64,000 nucleotides of DNA from Squalus acanthias (GCA_030390025.1 JASTWF010000034.1:3224001-3288000); one strand, 5' to 3'; numbered from the stretch's first letter, positions 1 to 12,320 are shown. Numbers and translations: made by a program. The notes: generated by a model not told the origin, from the sequence alone.

Positions 1-3000
1 GGGAGTACTGTAACAGTCAATTGTTTATAAGAATTGATAACCTCTGCACCGGGCAATAAAGTTACAGTAAATTGTTAATTAAGATATGATACCCTCTACA
101 CCGAGGAGTAAAGTTACAGTTAAATATTAATATGACATGATTGCCTCTGCACCGGGGAATAAACTTACAATTAATTGTTAATTTGATATGATGCACTCTA
201 CACCAGGGAATAAAGTTACATTGAATTGTTAATTTCGACATGATTCCCTCTATTCCAGGGAATGAAGTTACAGTTAGTTGTTAATTTAGACATGATACCC
301 TCTACAACGGGGAATAACATTAAAGTTAATTATTAATTTGATATGATGCCCTCTACACCAGGGAATAATGTTACAATTAATTGTTAACTTAAACATCATA
401 CCCTCCAGACCGGGGAATATATTTACAGTTAATTGCAAATTTTTACATGATGCCCTCTACACCGGGGAATAAAGTTACGGTAAATTGTTAATTTAGACAT
501 GATTCCCTCTACACCGGGTAATGAAGTTAGATGTTTTGATAATTTGACATGATACCCTCCAAATCGGGGAATAGTGTTACAAATAATTCTTAATTTAGAC
601 ATTATACCTTCTGCCAAGGGGAATAAAGTCACATTTAACGGTTGAATTAGATATGATTCCCTCCAAACCGGATAATATTGTTACATTTTATTCTTAATCT
701 ACACATTATACCTTCTGCAAATGGAAATAAATTTACATTTAATTGTTAATTTATACAGTATTCCCTCCACACCGGGGAATATAGTTACAGTTAATTGCTA
801 CTTTAGACATGATGCCCTCTAAACCATTGAATAATGTTACTGTTAATTGTTAAATAAAGCATCATACCCTCCACCCCGGGGAATACATTTACAGATATTT
901 GCTAATTTTGACATGATGCCCTCTGCACCGGGGAATAAAGTTACAGTTAATTGTTAATTTTGACATGATACCCTCTACACCAGGGAATAAAGTTACAGTT
1001 AATAGTTAATTTGAGATGATGCCCTCTACACCGGTGAATAAAGTTTCAATTAATTGTTCATTTCGAAAAGATGCCCTCTACATTGTTGAATAAAGTTACA
1101 GTTAATTGTTAATTTAGACATAATGTACTCTACACCAGGAAATATCGATACAGTGAATTGTTAATTTAGACATGATTCCCTCTACACTGGGGAATAAAGT
1201 TACAGTTAATTGTTAATTTGACATGATGTCCTCCACGGCGGGAATACATTTACAATTAATTCTAAATTTCAACATGATACCCGCTACACTGGTTAATTAA
1301 AATGACAGATAATTGTTTATTTGACATGATGCCCTCTACACCGGGTAATAAAGCTACAGTTAATTTGTTAATATGACATGATGCCATGAAACTGGGGAAT
1401 AATTTTAAAGTTAATTTTTAATTTGTCCTGGAAACATCTACCCTGGGGAAAAAAGTTACAGTTGATTGTTAATTTTAAATGATACCCTCGACACCGGGGA
1501 ATAAAGTTACAGTAAATTGTTAATTTAGAGATGATACCCTCTACGCGAGGAATAAAGATACAGTTAAATGTTAATTTAACATGATGCCCTCTACACCGGG
1601 GAATGAAGTTACAGTTAATTGTTAATATAGAAATGATTCCCTCTAAACCAGGGAATAAATTTACACTTAATTGTTAATTAGACATGATACACTTTAAACC
1701 AGGGTATAAAGTTACAATTGCTTGTTAATTTCGACATGCTGCCCTATACACCGGATAATAAAGTTACAGTTAATTGTTAATATGAAATGATGCCCTCGAA
1801 ACTGGGGAATAAAGTTATAGTTAATTGTGAATTTGACATGATACTCTCTATACTGGGGAATTAAGTTACAGTTGATTGTGAATTTGACATGATACCCTCT
1901 ACACTGGTGAATACTGTAATAGTCAATTGTTTATAAGACTTGGTAACCTCTACACCGGGCAATAAAGTTACAGTAAATTGTTAATTAAGACATGATACCC
2001 TCTACACCGTGAAGTAAAGTTACAGTTAAATATTAATTTGACATGATTGCCTCTGCACCGGGGAATAAACTTACAATTAATTGTTAATTTGACATGATGC
2101 ACTCTACACCAGGGAATAAAGTTACATTGTATTGTTAATTTAGACATGATTCCCGCTAGTCCAGGGAATGAAGTTACAGTTAATTGTTAATTTGACTTGA
2201 TGGCCTCTACACCGGGGAATAAATTTGCAGTTAACTGTTAATTTAGTCATGATACCTTTTAAACAGGGGCATACAGTTACAGTTAATTGTTAATTTTTAC
2301 ATGAGGCACTCTACAGAGGGAAATAAAGTTACAGTTAATTGTTAATTCAGACAAGATACCCTGTATACCGGGGAATAAAGTTACAGTTAATTGTTAATTT
2401 GGCATGATGCCCTCTTCACCGGGGAATTAACATTACAGTTGATTGTTTATTTAACTTGATGTCCTCTACACCGGGAATAAATTTGCAGTTGACTGTTTAT
2501 TTAAAAATAATACCATCTACAACGGGGAATAATATTGAAGTTCATTATTAATTTGATATGACACCCTCTTCACCAGATTATAAATTTACAGCTCATTTTT
2601 AATTTAGTCATGTTATCCTCTACACCAGGGATTAAAGTCACCTTTAATTGTTAATTTAGACATGATTCCCTCCACACCGGGGAAAATAATTACAGTTAAT
2701 TGCTAATTTAGACATGATTCCCTCTAAACCGGTGAATAAAGTTACAATTAATTGTTAACTTAAACATCATACCCTCCACACCGCGGAATATAGTTACAGT
2801 TAATTGCTAATTTTTACATGATGCGCTCTACACAGGGAAAAAAAGTTACAGTTAATTGTTAAGTGAGACATGATGACCTCTACACCGGGCAATAAAGTTA
2901 CAGTGTATTGTTAATTTAGACATGATTCACTCTACACCGGGGAATGAAGTTACATGTTTTGTTAATTTGACATGATTCACACAACACCAGGGACTAAAGT

Positions 3001-5238
3001 TAGAGTTAATTATTAATTTGACATGATGCCCACTATATTGGGGAATAAATTTCAAGTTTATTTTTAATTTGTTATCAAAATATCTACCCTGGGGAAAAAA
3101 GTTACAGTCAAGTCTTTTAAAGACATGATAACCTCAACACCGGGGAATAAAGTTACATTAAATTGTTAATTTAGACATGTACCCTCTGCACCGCGTTTAA
3201 ACTTATAGTTAATTGTTAATTTGACATGATGCACTCTACACCAGGTAATACAGTTGCATTGAATTCTTAATTTAGACATGATTCCCGCTATTCCAGGGAA
3301 TTAAGTTACGTTTAATTGTTAATGTTGAAATGATTCCCTCTAAACCGGGGAATTATGTTACGGTTAATTGTTAATTTCGACATGATTCCCTCTACCACCG
3401 GTAATTAAAATTACAGATAATTGTTTATTTGACATGATGTCTTCTCCACCGTGAAATAAAGTTACAGTTAATTGTTAATTTTTTCATGATATCATCTACA
3501 ACGTGTAATAACATTAAAGTTAATTATTAATTTGATATGATACCCTCTTCACCAGAGTATAAAGTTACAGTTAATTGTTAATCTAGACATGATATCCTCT
3601 ACACCTGGGAATAAAGTTACAGTTAAGTGTTAATTTAGATAAGATGCCCTCTACACCGGGGTATAAAATTAGAGTAAATTGTTAATTTTGACATGATGCC
3701 CTCTACATTGTTGAAAAATGCTACAGTTAATTGTTAATTTTTACATGAAGCCCTATACACCGGGAACTACAGTTACAGTTGATTGTTAATTTAGACATGA
3801 TTCCCTCTACACTGGGAAATAAAGTTAGAGTTAATTATTAATTTGACATGATTCCCTCTACACCAGGGAATGAAGTTACATGTAATTGTTAATTTGACAT
3901 GATACCCACTACACTGGGGAATAAAGTTTCAGTTATTTGTTAATTTCGACTGGATGCCCTCTACATTGGTGATTAAAGTTACAGTGAATTGTTAATTTAG
4001 ACATGATACCTTCGACACAGGGGAATAAAGTGACAGTTAATTGTTAATTTGATATGATACCCTCTACACTGGGGAATAAAGTTACAGTTGGTTGTGAATA
4101 TGACATGAGACCCTTTACACTGGAGAATACTGTTTCAGTCCATTGTTTCTAAGACTTGTTATCCTCTAAGCTGGGGAAAACAGTTACAGTTGATTGTTAA
4201 TTTGGCATGATTGCCTCTGCACCGGGGAACAAAGTTAAAGTGAATTGTTAATTTATACATGATTCCCTCTACACCGGGGAATGAAGTTAAAGTTCATTGT
4301 TAATTTGACATGATGCCCTCTACAACGGGACTAAAGTTACAGTTAATTGTCAATTTACAAATGATGTCCTCTAAACCGGGAATAAAGTTACAATTAATTG
4401 TTAATTTAGAAATGATTCCCTCCTAACCAGGGAAAAAAGTTACAGTTATTTGTTAATTTGACATGATAAACTCTACACCAGTGAATACATTTACAGTTAA
4501 TTGTTAATTTGACATGATACCCTCTACAACGGGAAATTAAAATTACAGTTAATTGTTAATTTCGACATGATGCCCTCTACACCGGGGAAAAAAGTTACAG
4601 TTAATTGTTAATTTAGAGATGATATCCTCTACACCAGGGATTAATGTGACAGTAAATTGTTAACTTAAACATCATACCCTCCACACCGGGGAATATAGTT
4701 ACAGTTATTTGATAATTTTGGCTTGATGCCCTCTACACCGGGGAATAAAGTTACATTTAATTGTGAATATAGACATGATACCCTCTAAGCCCGGGTATAA
4801 AGTTAAAATTAATTGTTAATTTGACATGATGCCCTCTACACCGGGAATAAAGTTACAGTTAATGGTTAATGTAGAAATGATTCCCTATACACCGGGGAAT
4901 TAAAATTATAGTTAATTGGTAATTTGACATGATGTCCTCTACACCGGGGAATAAAGTTACAGGTAATTGTTAACTTAGACATGATGCCCTCTGCCCTGGG
5001 GAATAAAGTTACTGTTAATTGTTAATTTGACATGATGCCTTCTGCACAGGGAATAAAGTTACAGTAAATTGTTAATTTAGACATGAGAACCTCTGCACCG
5101 GGAAATAAAGTAACAGTTAATTATTAATTTGACATGATTGCCTCTGCACCGGGGAATATAGTTAATGTGAATTGTTAATTTAGACATGATTCCCTCTTTC
5201 TGGTTGAATGACGTTACAGTTAATTGATAATTTGACAT
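1..5238. repeat. AT-rich satellite, ~51-52-bp monomer (consensus GTTACAGTTAATTGTTAATTT(A)GACATGATGCCCTCTACACCGGGGAATAAA), about 100 diverged copies; runs off the window start
   Basis: GTTACAG recurs at 61 and 113 and onward with ~52-bp period; the array ends abruptly at GACAT|TGTTG, where the LTR starts. Confidence 0.97.
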
Positions 5239-5763
5239 TGTTGTTAAAAAATGAATTCGCTCGAGTCTGTCTCAAAGCAGAACATCATAATTTATTTAAA
5301 GAGCGCATTGGGAGAAGAGCCATAGACCCAGCGGTCTATTAATCAACTTCTCGTCGTTACAGTGATATCGGAACTTCACATTCCCCTAGCAACAAGCCCC
5401 TTACCCAATCATATATCTCCACCACTGACTTAATTATAACCTGCACTTTAAGCTAAATTTTCTTCTTACTTCTCTTCCGAAACTGTAAACATACAGAGTG
5501 TTGCACCGCATTTGCTTGGCCGGACTGGCGAGTTATGAGGTGATTGATTCTCAAGTGTAACCGTTGTGCTATTATCGTAGTCGTTTGTTCCTTATTGATG
5601 GGCTTCAGCTGTCTTGCATGTACGCATGTTGACAGTAGGCATTACTCATCGCACTGTATCAGAGAAGCCATTCTGTCTTGTCTTATTTACGAGTTCACCT
5701 TTTACAGCACATTCTTTAACGCTTTACATTGCTGCTTTAAGCCCTATAATTTACACGCTAACA
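5239..5763 (-). repeat. 3' LTR of the ERV (525 bp)
   Basis: Minus strand TGTTAG...AACAACA, homologous to 10554-11139; preceded on the minus strand by the purine tract AGGAGGGAC (5764-5772); AATAAA near 5291-5296. Confidence 0.92.
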
Positions 5764-5972
5764 GTCCCTCCTGTTGGTCCCTGATCAAAACTCCTTTTCT
5801 GACAGGGAACCAGCATCATACGGATTTCTGGTAATGTAAGTAGATCTTTGATACAGCATTTGGCAGCATTTCTTAGTATTCGGGCCTGATGTTCTGTATG
5901 TTTACATTCCAGGAGCTCGCAGTCCGTTAGTCAGACTGTGGCATCCTTGTATGGAGACTCATATCCACACAT
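5751..5972 (-). pseudogene. Putative Cys-rich 3' accessory ORF of the ERV (73 codons, one internal TGA)
   Basis: Hand translation: MCGYESPYKDATV*LTDCELLECKHTEHQARILRNAAKCCIKDLLTLPEIRMMLVPCQKRSFDQGPTGGTVSV*. It fills the whole env-LTR gap. Confidence 0.4.
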
Positions 5973-7271
5973 CTCTATCTCCGGGTGTCACTTGATCAAC
6001 CATCATGACACTTACAGCATGCCGTGACATTTGAGTGCAACAACATTTTAACAATAGGACCAGACCATACATCACTAATATTACAACAAAGAACAAAATC
6101 AATCCTTGTACTACTGATGTCCCGAGTGATCCCAACTATCCAGTTGCCCAGCCCCAAACGGTGGATGCCGGAGGTTGTTTTAATTGTTTTTACTTCTTCC
6201 TGTATGTGTTATGCCAAGTCAGTTATTGCTTCGAGTTGTCTGGTATGTAGGTGCAACATTCTGTACCTATTAGGGCACAGGTTCCCCCTTTTTCGGCCAA
6301 CACATAGTCAAGGGCCATCCGATTTTGTAGAGCTACTGTGCGGAGGGCTACCATGTCTGCATTAACCTTAACTAGGGCTTCAGCAGATTCGTTGGCCACC
6401 TGCTGCAAGACGAAGGCCAGGTTAATGGATTCCCTTGCCAATTTACCAGCTCCATACCAGGGGAACGCAATTGCCCAGAATCTTTCAGTCTCCGTGATGG
6501 CTCGTCTGGCTCTCCCGTGGCGGTCCTTCAGTGAACCCATGTGATGTATGTAGCGTATGACATAAGCCAGATAACAAGAACCCGTCCATTCTCGGGGCAA
6601 CCAGGGATAGGACCTTTGACCGCACACGAAATGAGTCCCGTTGTAGTGGGTATACTTATTCACCTCTGGGGGGTCTCATTGTCGTGAAAAGTCACCGCTT
6701 TCGTTTAGTGACGGGAGTTTCACACTCCCCGTTACACCAGGCAAGGCAAAGTTATATGTGCAGTTACTGTAGCCCACAATAGGATCTGTCGGTCGTACCC
6801 TCTTTTGCGAGACATAGTCCACCTCCCCTTTTGTCGCTTCTTACTCCTCGTTCTCAGGAACGGTGGTAGATCGGAATCGTTATATGTTGACCGTGTCCAC
6901 CCACTACAATATTCTGAGTTGTACCCATGACGTTGGAGCTTTGCCATAGTGATGCCGTCTGTCTCGGCTTCATAACAGCCCACACTTGTGCATCCTGCTC
7001 TAACTCAAAACATCCAACTGACCGTCTCATCATCACTAAGTGGGATTGGTTGTAGGGGGACTCCTTCCTCCGAGTGCGTGGGGACATGGGTGCAGACCCA
7101 ACAGCTGGCAACATCAACTCTCTTGGCATATGTGTATGACATATATAAGAAGGTGTTCACACGTAACCCTCTTTTGGCCAATGGGGGTACTCTAGCCTGA
7201 GTCCTCCCGAAGCTACAGATTATGATTATATAAACAAGCAAACTACACATGATATTGGGCAACATGTTCAT
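5959..7271 (-). pseudogene. env: Retroviral envelope (gamma-type SU/TM), frameshifted with stops
   Basis: Hydrophobic leader, CWVC motif, furin site RARR, fusion peptide, ISD LQNRMALDYVLAEKGGTC, CX6CC (CALIGTECC), and membrane anchor GLILFFVVILVMYGLVLLLKCCC in a shifted frame ending at TGA 5959. Confidence 0.93.
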
Positions 7272-7375
7272 CTTATCACTTTATGTTAACAATGTCCCAA
7301 AGGCTATATCGCCAACCTAACCGATTTGTTGCTTGTAGATTCTATTTTCCAGTGGGGGTGAATAGAATACTGTCA

Positions 7376-7603
7376 TTAGGCTGGTTCCTCGCTAATAATC
7401 ATTTGGATTCCCTCCTCCTGCTCGACCGGTTGGAGTCGTTGGGATTGTTCCCATACATGCTTCACGATACATCCCATGGTGTATCCCATTATGATAATGC
7501 ATATTGTCCATACCAACGTTCGTACCAGCACCCACTCCCATTCTTTGTATTGTCTAGCATATTCTTCACTTCCTACAAAAGGTACTTGCTCTGGTGTAGC
7601 CAT
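7376..7603 (-). CDS. Putative retroviral accessory protein, 75 aa, single transmembrane helix
   Basis: The ATG lies 2 nt after the pol stop (TAA AA ATG G). Hydrophobic stretch VLVRTLVWTICIIIMGYTMGCIV, acidic tail, no stops; located between pol and env. Confidence 0.55.
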   Translation of the reverse strand: MATPEQVPFVGSEEYARQYKEWEWVLVRTLVWTICIIIMGYTMGCIVKHVWEQSQRLQPVEQEEGIQMIISEEPA

Positions 7604-7605
7604 TT

Positions 7606-9370
7606 TTAAGCTGGCGAAGGGTCATAGACTTTTATCTGTGTCCCGTGCTTCCATCGTCCCATGCCCTTCATATCAATGCAAGCACACGTATTTCCACTAA
7701 ATAGAATCTGATATGGTCTTGACCATTTTGGGGCAAACCCGGGTTTCACTGGTAAACCTTTAACCATTACCTTAGTCTCGGCTGGAGGGATATATGGGAA
7801 CACGGTCAATTCTAAATCCTTATCCTTTTCTTCCCGTCTATCTCGCGTTTGCTGCCTCATTTCCTTTAATTGACTGCTTAATTCGAGGACATACCTTCGG
7901 AGCTTATCCTTTAGAGGACCCACATCCTCTCCTCCAGTTATTATGCCATGGGGGATTTGCATTGCCCTCTCCGTCATTAGCTCATATGCTGATAAGCCCG
8001 TTGTTCGGTTTGGGGTGGCTCTTAGTTTCATTAAGACTGCCGGTAACACATCTACCCACTGTTGATGTTTTTCCCCTAAAGCCTTGGCTAAGGCTGTTTT
8101 CAAGGTTCGGTTCATTCATTCCACCATTCCAGAACTTTGGGGATGGTACGGATTGTGGAATTTCTGCTTTATGCCCTTCCACTTGCTTACATTCTTCACT
8201 ACTGCTCCCGTAAAGTGAGTGCCCTGATCTGAGTCAATTTGGATCGGTATTCCCCATCTGGGAATTATTTCCTCTGCTATTATTGGTGCCACGGTGGTGG
8301 CAATACAGTTCCGGTTTGGGAATGCCTCGACCCACCTAGTAAACTGGTCTATTATTACCAGGCAATACTTCTTAACCCTTGACGTGGGGAGCGTTCCGGT
8401 GAAGTCTATTTGTATATTTTCCCATGGGCCCCTTGGCCGTGGTTGGTGGGCCATCCGTATCTTAACGGGTCGTCCTGGGTTGTGCTGGGCACACGCGATA
8501 CACCGCTGGCACTGTTTTGCCACATCTCTTCCTAACCCAGGCCACCACCATTCTTTACTAATCAGGTCAATCATCGGCCCCCTTCCTGTATGGGCGTCTC
8601 CATGGTGTAGTTCTAAGAGCATTTGTCTGATACATGCGGGGTCTATCATCCGCCCGTTGTTACGCCATATAGCTTCCTTTTCTGGTCTACCTCCTGTGCG
8701 GTACCATTCCTGTTTCTCCCCTTCTTGGGTCTCTTTGTGTCATTTTCTAATATCTATTTCTTCCACCTGTGCACTGGCTACGTTTTCTTTAACCATTTCT
8801 TGTTCAAGAGCTTACTCTGCTACTAAATCAGCGGCATGGTTCCCTCTTTGTGCCTGATTTTGTATTTTCTGGTGCGACTTTATTTTTATTCCTGCTGCTA
8901 GTGTTGGGGCCTTTGCAGCTTCCAAGAGGGTCGCTGCTGCTGTTTCATACGATGCCCTCCTGTTGCTACAAACCCCCTTCTTCCCCAGGCAGTCATATAA
9001 TCTTGTATGACTCCGAGCGCTTACTTCTATCGGTGTAGATATTTGCAGTTTTTCCCTTCGCTAATTCTAGCACCTTCGTCAGCGCCACTAGCTCGGCCAC
9101 TTGAGCTGATAGTCCTCCGTCCAGCCTTCCTGATAATTTAGTCTCTAACTGACCATTTACTACCGCCCATCCGGTTCGAGAGGATCCCTCTACATGTTTC
9201 CTGATCCGTCCACGTAGAGAGTAATCTGGGGCTCGGGGAGGGGCTCATCTTGTAAATATCCGTCCTCTTCTTCCCCTTGTGGCTCGCAGCATCTGTGGGG
9301 ATCTCCCTGTCCTCGCAATCCTTCTGCTGGGTGTTCCCCAGTGTCGCATACTATTTTAACTGACTGATCA
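7606..9370 (-). pseudogene. pol: pol remnant: connection/RNase H plus integrase (protease and RT deleted)
   Basis: RNase H motifs LYVDGS, SAQVAELVAL, IYTD, GNHAAD; integrase HHCC (HHGDAH...CIAC) and DDE (IQIDFT, IDSDQGTHF, SGMVE*MNRTLK); several stops and frameshifts. Confidence 0.93.
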
Positions 9371-10060
9371 ACGGGGATGGCGATCGTGGATATCCCACAT
9401 CTCCTCGAGATTTCTCCAAAATGCTCCATTTGCGCTACGGGGCTGCAATGTTCCCAAATCTTTCAATATTGTTTGTTTTTCTAAGGCGCTAAAAGCTTGG
9501 TACTTGGCAGTAGGATTTTGTACCGTTCCCCCTCTTTTTAAAGGGGCTGCTTTGACTACGTTTGGGTTCTCCTGCCCTTTTTCTAGGTTTTCATCGTCAC
9601 TATCCTCCGTTGGGCGGACTGATGCCTCTGGGGCGTAAGGAGGTGGTATTTCGCCCTCACTTTCGGAGCCCTGTACTTTTACCGGGGCGCACAAATGTGC
9701 CTGCCTTTCGTTCCACAGTTCCGTTTTGTCCAGCCGGTACCCATCAAGGACCGTCTGGCCTCCTTTGTATAACAATAACTCTTGTTCTAATTCCAGAATT
9801 ATTTCATTTTTACTTGCAAGTCTAGTGTGGAGTTGCTGCACCTTGTTAGTTAATGCGACTAATCGGTTTACTAGTATCATCCCCGCCTTTTTTGTCTTTT
9901 TCTGTTTTTGACCCTCCCACTACTCTCTTTGAGCTTTCGGATTCTTAAGTGGGTCCCACCCCGTCTTCGTCATCTTATCAACTAAAACCTTCCGGTCGTC
10001 TGCATAGAACCTATTAAGGGTCCCCGTTGATCCCCATTCTATTTCTTTCCTCGACGCCAT
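9368..10060 (-). pseudogene. gag: gag N-terminal remnant, truncated early in capsid
   Basis: ATG at 10060 (MASRKEIEW...), in-frame TAG at 9922-9920, coiled-coil segment, PPPY late domain; first ORF after the PBS/leader. Confidence 0.8.
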
Positions 10061-10533
10061 TTTGTAGTCCAAATTACAGTCTTACCAAATGCTGAGTTCC
10101 TCTACTCGGGTTTGTTCTTGATACCTTCAAGACCTTCTAGCGTAAATTAGTCACAACATACATACATATATATTTCTTGACTTCACGATCCCAGGGTGCT
10201 TTGGAGCCTCTACACCTACTTGATCCTGGCCATCACGTGGGACTACGTCCTCTTAATTCAGGCTCAGACTACGTGTTTCAGACAGGCACCATCCTTGTCT
10301 TTGTCGTTCATCACTCACTCATTCCTTCGCGACATTTATCGCTACGCAGTGTTCCCTTTAGTACTTGCGATCCACACTCTCACAACTGTGTTCTCCTAGC
10401 TCTCACAGACTTTACTCGATTCTTGTATCTACGGCACTGTCACTCCGCCTTTCCAGGTGACTCAATTTCTGGACGGTCAAAATTGACTTCTCTTCTGGGT
10501 TCACTGGTGCGGGCGGTCTTTCAGTTCCGGAGC

Positions 10534-10551
10534 ATCCTGCTGACTATGCCA
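10534..10551 (-). promoter_or_regulatory. Primer binding site, tRNA-Ser type
   Basis: TGGCATAGTCAGCAGGAT, 2 nt after the 5' LTR. It differs from the recalled vertebrate tRNA-Ser complement TGGCGTAGTCGGCAGGAT by two CpG-type transitions. Confidence 0.8.
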
Positions 10552-10553
10552 AT

Positions 10554-11139
10554 TGTTGATGAAAAATAAATTCACTGGAGTCTGTCTCGAAGCAGAAGTT
10601 CACTGTTTATTATACAGGGCGAACTGGGAGAAGAGCCATAGACACCGCGGTATAGAGATCAACTTCTCGTCGTTACAGTGGTATCGGAACTTCTTTTATA
10701 CATTATAGGGCCGGTAACGCAATTCACTACATACAAATGTCTCCACCAAATCACATTCCCCTAGCAACAAGCCCCATAACCAATCATATATCTCCACCAC
10801 TGACTTGATTATAATCTGCACTTTGAGCTAAATTTCCTTGTTACTTCCCTTCTGAAACTATAAACATACAGAGTGTTGCACCGCATCTGCTTTTCCGGTC
10901 TGACTGGTCATGCAGTGATTGGTTCTCAGGTGCAACCGTTGTGCTATTATCGTAGTCGTTTGTTCCTCCTTGGTGGGCTTCAAGTTGTCTCGCACGTACG
11001 CATGTTGACGTTAGACATTACTTATCGCACTGTAGCAGCGAAGCCATTCTGTCTTGTCTCATTTACGAGTCCACCTTTTCCAGCACATTCTTTAACTCTT
11101 TACGTTGCTGCTTTAAGCCCCATAATTTTCACCCCAACA
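10554..11139 (-). repeat. 5' LTR of the ERV (586 bp)
   Basis: Minus strand TGTTGG...TCAACA, TATAAAAA at ~10694-10701, AATAAA at ~10606-10611, followed by the PBS. Confidence 0.92.
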
Positions 11140-11272
11140 TACGTTAAAGAGCCACTATCTGTTAGAAAACCTAAAATTCCACGAGGATCCTCGTTGATCA
11201 GAAGAAAATCCAAGCGAAAATCCAAAGGCCTGCGTTATGCACAATAGACCTGATTTCAGTTAATAGTCACAG

Positions 11273-11290
11273 CCTCGTCGTTGGGCGCCA
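11273..11290 (-). promoter_or_regulatory. Primer binding site, tRNA-Lys(1,2)-like, of a second LTR element
   Basis: TGGCGCCCAACGACGAGG, 3 nt after an LTR end (CTACA); the first 12 nt match TGGCGCCCAACG. Confidence 0.75.
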
Positions 11291-11293
11291 AAT

Positions 11294-12057
11294 TGTAGCT
11301 TCCAAAAGCTCTTATAATAATTTGTCCGTGACTCCAGAAACCACTCTGCGTACAGGTATATTGTGTATCAGTGAAATAGGTTTATTAAGCATGAAACATC
11401 CAGTAAAAAGAAGGAATACTTAACAAGGAGATAGTCACAGTCTTGTTCATTGAACCCCGCCGTTCCTTCCGAGCGACAGTGGCGCGGTCTCTTTCTTCTC
11501 TTGCTGTTTTCTCTTGACTGAAGCTCCTTCATCTCTGGTTGGCGCTGCCTTCAGTGTTCAAAATCCGTATCTTTATATATCTTTTTCCCCTCTCCCTACG
11601 TGAATGCAAACAGCTATCCGACACAATACATGTTTTATGACCTTGTTGATCCCACTCGGACTCGCTTTGTGCATATCAAAGTGCCCTTTGAACTTTAGAT
11701 ATTCTCTTTCTAAAAACCATTTCCCAAGATGTTGTCTAAACATTTTGTCCATTTTATAGTAGTTATCACTGAGGGGTGCTTCTCTTATCTCTCTCTCTTC
11801 TCCAACTCTTATCTCTTTTCTATCACAATACTGAATACCACCTCCCTGATAGTCTCCATAAACTTAGCATTCCATTCCATTACTTCAGTAATTGCAAACA
11901 GAGCGAGTTTCAGTCAGGTTAGCACAATTTCCCAATCCTGCATCTCTCTCAGCCATTCGCCATTTTATACAGGCTTTTAGGCTTTTAACATACAATTTCA
12001 CATATTATAGTTAGACAAAAATGTTTACTAAATCATACAAATACATCCTATCCTACA
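11294..12057 (-). mobile_element. 5' LTR (764 bp) of a second, unrelated LTR element/ERV, whose leader (11140-11293) is cut off by the first ERV
   Basis: TGTAG...CTACA termini, TATATAAA at ~11572-11579 and AATAAA at ~11381-11386 in the correct order on the minus strand, PBS adjacent. Confidence 0.75.
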
Positions 12058-12280
12058 GGTGCGGGTTATATCAGAGTGTTACAGTGAGGGGTGTGGGTTA
12101 TGTCAGAGTGTTACATTGAGGGGTGTCGAGTATATCAGAGTATTAAGGTGAGGTGAGCGGGGTAGATCGGTCTGTTACAGTGAGAGTTTTCGGATATGTA
12201 AGAGAGGATTAAACTGAGGGGTTTATCACGGTGTTAAAGTGAATGGTGTGGTGTATATCAGAGTGTTAAAGTGAGGTGAG
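12058..12280 (-). repeat. ~32-bp minisatellite (inverted relative to 49520-53965)
   Basis: GGGTTATATCAGAGTGTTACAGTGAGGGGTGT repeats. Confidence 0.85.
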
Positions 12281-12320
12281 TAGTCCATTACTCTGTATCT
12301 AATCCATGGGTACCTGCCTA

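Larger units (their letters stand above)
5239..11139 (-). mobile_element. Endogenous retrovirus provirus (defective), LTR-PBS-gag-(deleted CA/NC/PR/RT)-RNaseH-IN-orfs-env-PPT-LTR, with gamma-type env
   Basis: Two homologous TG...CA LTRs, PBS, PPT and gag/pol/env remnants, all on the minus strand. Confidence 0.95.

Noticed and set aside
7794..8857. Plus-strand ORFs antisense to integrase (and 32481-33286 antisense to CR1 ORF1)
   Set aside because: Shadow frames of coding sequence with no recognisable motifs.
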